Positions 16,510-20,000 of a DNA stretch of 20,000 nucleotides are shown here, piece by piece. The first letter of the stretch is position 1; every line of letters starts with the position of its first letter. The notes beneath the pieces are model-generated. The model searched no databases. It was not told the DNA's origin and worked only from the letters and a program-made list of their open reading frames with translations. The stretch lies in IMG/VR virus record IMGVR_UViG_2540341129_000004. One strand, given 5' to 3'. This DNA comes from an uncultured virus (IMG/VR IMGVR_UViG_2540341129_000004) (taxonomy: Duplodnaviria; Heunggongvirae; Uroviricota; Caudoviricetes). A program made the position numbers and the translations under genes.

Positions 16510-17046
16510 TTGGGAGGTACAAACCAAGGCAAGGTTTTTGAAGCAAATATAGAAAAATCAGCTGCAGATCAAAAGCTGTTCTTCTATAGAATTAAAGATG
16601 TTAACCCAATGTTTTTGAAAAGGGGAGCAGCTGTATCAAAAAACAAATACGATTGTTTCCTGCACTTTAAAGGTTATCTTTTTCCTTTTGAACTTAAATC
16701 AACAAAGAACAAGTCTGTATCTTTCAGTGAAAAGATCATCAAGCCACAACAGATTAAACACTTAAAAGAGGCAGCGCAATATCCAAACATAATTCCTGGT
16801 TTTCTATTTCAGTTTAGAGAGCCGGAAAACAAAGTTTATTTCGTACATATTAATGATTTCCTTACATATAAGAACATAGCTGAAAATCAGTTGTCACATA
16901 CATATAAGAATAAAGTAAACAAATCCAGTATTCCAATTGCAATTTGCGAAGAGATCGGCACAGAAGTCCGTTCGATGAAGAAAAAAGTTAACTATACATA
17001 TTATCTGAACAAGCTTTGCAATGATTTGATTAAGAAGGTGAAATAA
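16510..17046 (+). CDS. RecU-like Holliday junction resolvase (YotM-like)
   Basis: NQGKVFE, YDC, FELKST and QIKHL motifs of the RecU family. Confidence 0.85.
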   Translation: MGGTNQGKVFEANIEKSAADQKLFFYRIKDVNPMFLKRGAAVSKNKYDCFLHFKGYLFPFELKSTKNKSVSFSEKIIKPQQIKHLKEAAQYPNIIPGFLFQFREPENKVYFVHINDFLTYKNIAENQLSHTYKNKVNKSSIPIAICEEIGTEVRSMKKKVNYTYYLNKLCNDLIKKVK

Positions 17047-17060
17047 GTGAGGAGGGCTAT

Positions 17061-17330
17061 ATGCTAGAAGTTAAGGTGAATGAATCGGAGATTAAAAAAT
17101 TATACCTTGAAGAATTGGAGAAGCATTTAAATAAGCTGGATAATGAATTGCTTTTCTGGGATACTGATGATTTAATTAAAAATACAAAAATGTGCTGGAA
17201 TACAATACAGGAGAAATTCTTCTTTGACCCAAGATTTCCAAAAAGAAAAGTGGGAAGAAAGTGGATGTTTCCTGCGAAACAAACAAAAGAATTTCTTCTT
17301 GAATGGTTATTGGAACAGCCGACTGAATAG
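17061..17330 (+). CDS. Excisionase-like winged-helix protein (putative recombination directionality factor)
   Basis: DLIKNTKMCWNTIQEKFF...FPKRKVGRKWMFP HTH plus wing; last gene before the att junction; SD GGAGGG. Confidence 0.7.
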   Translation: MLEVKVNESEIKKLYLEELEKHLNKLDNELLFWDTDDLIKNTKMCWNTIQEKFFFDPRFPKRKVGRKWMFPAKQTKEFLLEWLLEQPTE

Positions 17331-17344
17331 GATCGAATTTTGTT

Positions 17345-17375
17345 AAATCCCTCTTGAAAAATAGAGGGATTTTTT
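17345..17375 (+). terminator. Intrinsic terminator
   Basis: AAATCCCTCT-tgaaaaat-AGAGGGATTT followed by a T-run. Confidence 0.85.
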
Positions 17376-17386
17376 GCTTTCCGGCT

Positions 17387-17427
17387 TGACCACCAATGAC
17401 CACCATCATTGACCACCGTTTGACCAC
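17387..17427 (+). repeat. Four direct TGACCAC repeats; putative integrase arm-type sites
   Basis: Copies at 17387, 17397, 17410 and 17421, about 100 bp from the att core. Confidence 0.75.
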
Positions 17428-17526
17428 TGGAATATTATAATTAATGAAATTTGATGAAAATAGGGCCTCTAAATAACCTTTGAAACCTTGTTAAATCAAC
17501 ATTTTTGAACCTTGATAATATAAAAA

Positions 17527-17586
17527 GATATGTTCCGCACACAGGTTCATCCGTGGGAGCGCGAACAATACATGTCTCAGTATTAA
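17527..17586 (+). other. glnA: att junction (attR): displaced 3' end of the host glutamine synthetase gene
   Basis: Translates DMFRTQVHPWEREQYMSQY*, the Bacillus GlnA C-terminus; no glnA sequence upstream. Confidence 0.92.
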
Positions 17587-17592
17587 TCTCTC

Positions 17593-17627
17593 AATCCCTT
17601 GGCACTATTGGTGTCAGGGGATTTTTT
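17593..17627 (+). terminator. Terminator downstream of the glnA fragment
   Basis: AATCCCTTGGCAC-tattg-GTGTCAGGGGATT plus T-run. Confidence 0.85.
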
Positions 17628-17668
17628 GGTTTCTTAACAAGTTTAATATCTTAATATAAATCAAGTAT

Positions 17669-17690
17669 CACCCACAAAACACCCACAAAA
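17669..17690 (+). repeat. Tandem 11-bp CACCCACAAAA x2; arm-type sites of the older element
   Basis: Exact tandem repeat next to the stop codon of the integrase remnant. Confidence 0.6.
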
Positions 17691-17703
17691 AAACAATAAA
17701 AAC

Positions 17704-17829
17704 TTACTCCATAATTGTGGAGGTATAATCCTTGTACTTATTCATTGAATCTCTGTCAATTTTTGTGCTGATGTGTGGGTAAATATCTGATGTAACTTGA
17801 ATACTTTTATGGCCCAGTCGTTCTTGTAT
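17704..17829 (-). pseudogene. C-terminal remnant of a tyrosine integrase
   Basis: IQERLGHKSIQVTSDIYPHIS...ME* contains the LGH...T..Y catalytic motif; the rest of the gene is absent. Confidence 0.88.
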
Positions 17830-17839
17830 TATTCGATAT

Positions 17840-18127
17840 TTGAAAGGTGAATACTCGGATCATGAACATAGTGTGAAACAGACCATAGATAAAATTATTA
17901 ATTATTACATGGGCATTGATCAAGATATTAATAGAAAAATAGACGACTGGTTCAATCATGATTTTGAATCAGTTATGAAAGTGATGAAATTACTCGTTCT
18001 CTTTTGGGAGAACGGCTGGAGGGAGCTAAAAGAATCCGTTTCAAACTTTGAGAGCGAGGAAAAGGACCAGCTTTCCATAGAAATTTATGATGGGGACATG
18101 TCGTATTTTAAGGGGAAGAAAGCATGA
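17840..18127 (+). pseudogene. Probable 3' fragment of a phage gene
   Basis: No SD; starts at the junction with the integrase stub; ATGA overlap with the ERCC4 gene. Confidence 0.5.
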
Positions 18128-18594
18128 CAATTATTCACTGTAACTAATCGGAAACGGAGTTAAAAGAAATTCTGGGCAGCATGGTCATAATTGTGGATAC
18201 GAGGGAGCAAAAAAATCAGCATGTTCTTGATTATCTCCGTAAAAAGAAAGCGGCAATCAATTTCAAAGGAAATTTGAATGCAGCAATTGCGGAAAAACGG
18301 AGTGGACGAGCTGGTGCAGTCGATAAAAGACCGCTCCCGTTCTGAAAATGAATTGATTCGGGCATCCAGGCATCCTTTCACTCTTCTGGTGGAAGACCTG
18401 GAAGGATACTAAAAGATTCTCATCGGGAAATATCGTTCAAAGTATGAACCGAAAGCGTTGCTGGGTAGCTTGAAAACATTTGAAGTTCGTTACAATTTTT
18501 CAACGGTATTTATCAGACCTACGCTACCGGAAATTACATTTACCACCCCTTTCGTTATATGGCCCGGGAACTGTTGAAAGGCGGGCTTGTGTGA
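18124..18594 (+). pseudogene. ERCC4-domain nuclease pseudogene
   Basis: IIVDTREQKNQH, ELxQSIKDRSR.ENELIRA and LLVED motifs, interrupted by stops and frameshifts. Confidence 0.8.
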
Positions 18595-18882
18595 ATTAAA
18601 TCTTAAGAAGATCAAAAGGAGGAAATAGTAATGGGATTAGTCAGGAACATTGTATTTGGAGATTTTGCATGCATTGGAACCGGCCGTGAGTTTGTTTTAG
18701 TTATTAAAAATAAAATATACGGCCCCTTTAAGAATTGAAGAAATGCTTAGGAAAATAATGTTGTAATTGAAAAAGATTAAGAAGCATGAAACTAATAAAA
18801 AGATAAAGGGGCTATAATATTACAGCAGAGCATGTGCAAACTCTGTTTAAATGTCAAATAAATTTATCCTAGAAAGAAGAAA

Positions 18883-19206
18883 CTACTCCATTGCACTATA
18901 GGATGCTACTCCATCAAACTTTCGTTGGCTGATTTGTACACCGTTTATTCTGCATTGCCCTGAAGGGTTTTGTATTGGATAGACTACATACAAATGTTCT
19001 CTACCACGCGAGTCAAAGAATACTCTGTGAATAAATACACGTGTACCAACTTTCCAAAATTCAGTGTCTGCAGGGGCTCTAACAATTTGGCCTACGCGAC
19101 CTTCATACTTTCTTTGATCGAATTCATCATGAATTCGATATGAATCAAATTCTTGGTTAACTGAATATGGAACAAAATAAGGGTAATACACTGGATACAT
19201 TCTCAA
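18883..19206 (-). CDS. Hypothetical protein with a Y/P-rich N-terminus
   Basis: SD AAAGGAG; intact 107-aa frame. Confidence 0.75.
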   Translation of the reverse strand: MRMYPVYYPYFVPYSVNQEFDSYRIHDEFDQRKYEGRVGQIVRAPADTEFWKVGTRVFIHRVFFDSRGREHLYVVYPIQNPSGQCRINGVQISQRKFDGVASYSAME

Positions 19207-19371
19207 ACAGCTCCTTTGGAAAATTATTTACAGTGGCATCTTATTTCCAAATTATGTATTACGTGTTAGGTAAATTTTATCGTTCTTGTTTTAGGTATTT
19301 AATCACGCGCTTGGGTTTTTATAAACTTGATATTGAATAAAACATTGCCTAATTATGAAAGGAGGACGGGT

Positions 19372-19680
19372 GTGACAGAACAACTTTCATTCCTTCATCC
19401 AGTAGATTTGAAGGCAGTCCGTAAAATCGTGATCAAAGAACTCAAAGATTATCGAGCATTAAAAGTACAGCTTGAGAATAAAAAGGAATCGGTTGACGCT
19501 GGCATCAGCCCGTTTCCTTCAATCAGAGATTCTTTCATATATTAAATGAACTGAAGGTTAAGCAGATGGAAAGGGCGTTAGAAAACAGCCTGGATGATGA
19601 AGAACGCATGATCATTGAGAAAAAATCCTTAGCAGCCAGCCAAACGAAAGACATCCATATTTATATGGAACCTGGGATTT
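19372..19680 (+). pseudogene. ArpU-family phage late regulator pseudogene
   Basis: SD AAAGGAGG and GTG; TEQLSFL...ELKDYRAL, frameshift near 19540, then MERALENSLDDEERMIIEKK...DIHIYME; truncated and fused to an unrelated tail. Confidence 0.75.
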
Positions 19681-19841
19681 CAGTATATGCTGGAGCAATT
19701 GCAGGGGCAATGTTTGCTGGTAAGTATGCCATAAAAAAAGTATCCGATTATGGAAAGTACGGAATTTCTTATAATTGGATAATTGGTACCCCTGTTGTTG
19801 TACCTTGGGGAAATGGTTAATTATTAAGGTGGTAATGTCAA

Positions 19842-20000
19842 ATGAATCGTATATTAGTCTCAATAGCTATTATTATATTCTTAATTGAATATATTGTGGC
19901 TCCACTCACAGATATAGATACCGGAAAATACGGCACGTTTATAGGCTTAATATTATTGAGTATTACGGTTCTAAGGCTATCTGATAATGACAAATCATAA
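19842..20000 (+). CDS. 52-aa two-TM membrane protein
   Basis: SD AAGGTGG; MNRILVSIAIIIFLIEYIVAPL...FIGLILLSITVL; stop at 19998-20000. Confidence 0.65.
   Translation: MNRILVSIAIIIFLIEYIVAPLTDIDTGKYGTFIGLILLSITVLRLSDNDKS

Larger units (their letters stand above)
1..17526. mobile_element. SPbeta/phi3T-like temperate Bacillus prophage, right arm (continues left of the window)
   Basis: Gene order nrdE-nrdF-trx-dut...thyA...yosX-like-sspC stub-yotB-like...yotH/I/K/L/M-like matches the SPbeta right arm as I recall it; ends at an att-like junction with a glnA 3' fragment. Confidence 0.92.
17669..19680. mobile_element. Decayed prophage remnant downstream of glnA
   Basis: Integrase stub, ERCC4 and ArpU pseudogenes, deletion junctions. 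Confidence 0.75.

Noticed and set aside
17057..17427. Minus-strand ORFs 17057-17416 and 17176-17427
   Set aside because: They run through arm repeats and a terminator and are antisense to the xis-like gene
17387..17427. TGACCAC repeats as a CRISPR or iteron array
   Set aside because: 7-bp units with 3-6-nt gaps are far too short for CRISPR; position beside the att core fits arm-type sites
18160..18381. Minus-strand ORF (also 19612-19863)
   Set aside because: Antisense to the ERCC4 and ArpU pseudogene remnants

Overview
Positions 1-~17525 are the right-hand arm of an SPbeta/phi3T-like Bacillus prophage. It starts with a nucleotide-metabolism module: nrdE (5' part outside the window), nrdF, thioredoxin, a Pth2-type peptidyl-tRNA hydrolase, dUTPase, thyA and dfrA. 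A variable region of small yos/yot-like genes follows, with an HNH endonuclease, a YotB-like metallophosphoesterase, an HTH regulator, a RecU-like resolvase and an excisionase-like gene. The prophage ends at an att junction formed by the last 19 codons of host glnA (17527-17586), preceded by four TGACCAC arm-type repeats. Beyond it lie the remains of an older, decayed prophage at the same locus (tyrosine-integrase C-terminus, ERCC4 and ArpU pseudogenes). Five features stand out: (i) about seven genes, including nrdF and thyA, have an ATT/ATA/ATC/ACG codon, not ATG/GTG/TTG, at the optimal distance from a strong Shine-Dalgarno (SD); (ii) a recurring TAAAAT-N3/4-ATTTTA palindrome sits at junctions between small accessory genes; (iii) sspC is reduced to a 3' stub next to the HNH gene; (iv) several micro-ORFs with strong SDs are missing from the ORF track; (v) antisense 'moron' genes interrupt the nucleotide operon. 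Family assignments come from remembered motifs, not from database searches.
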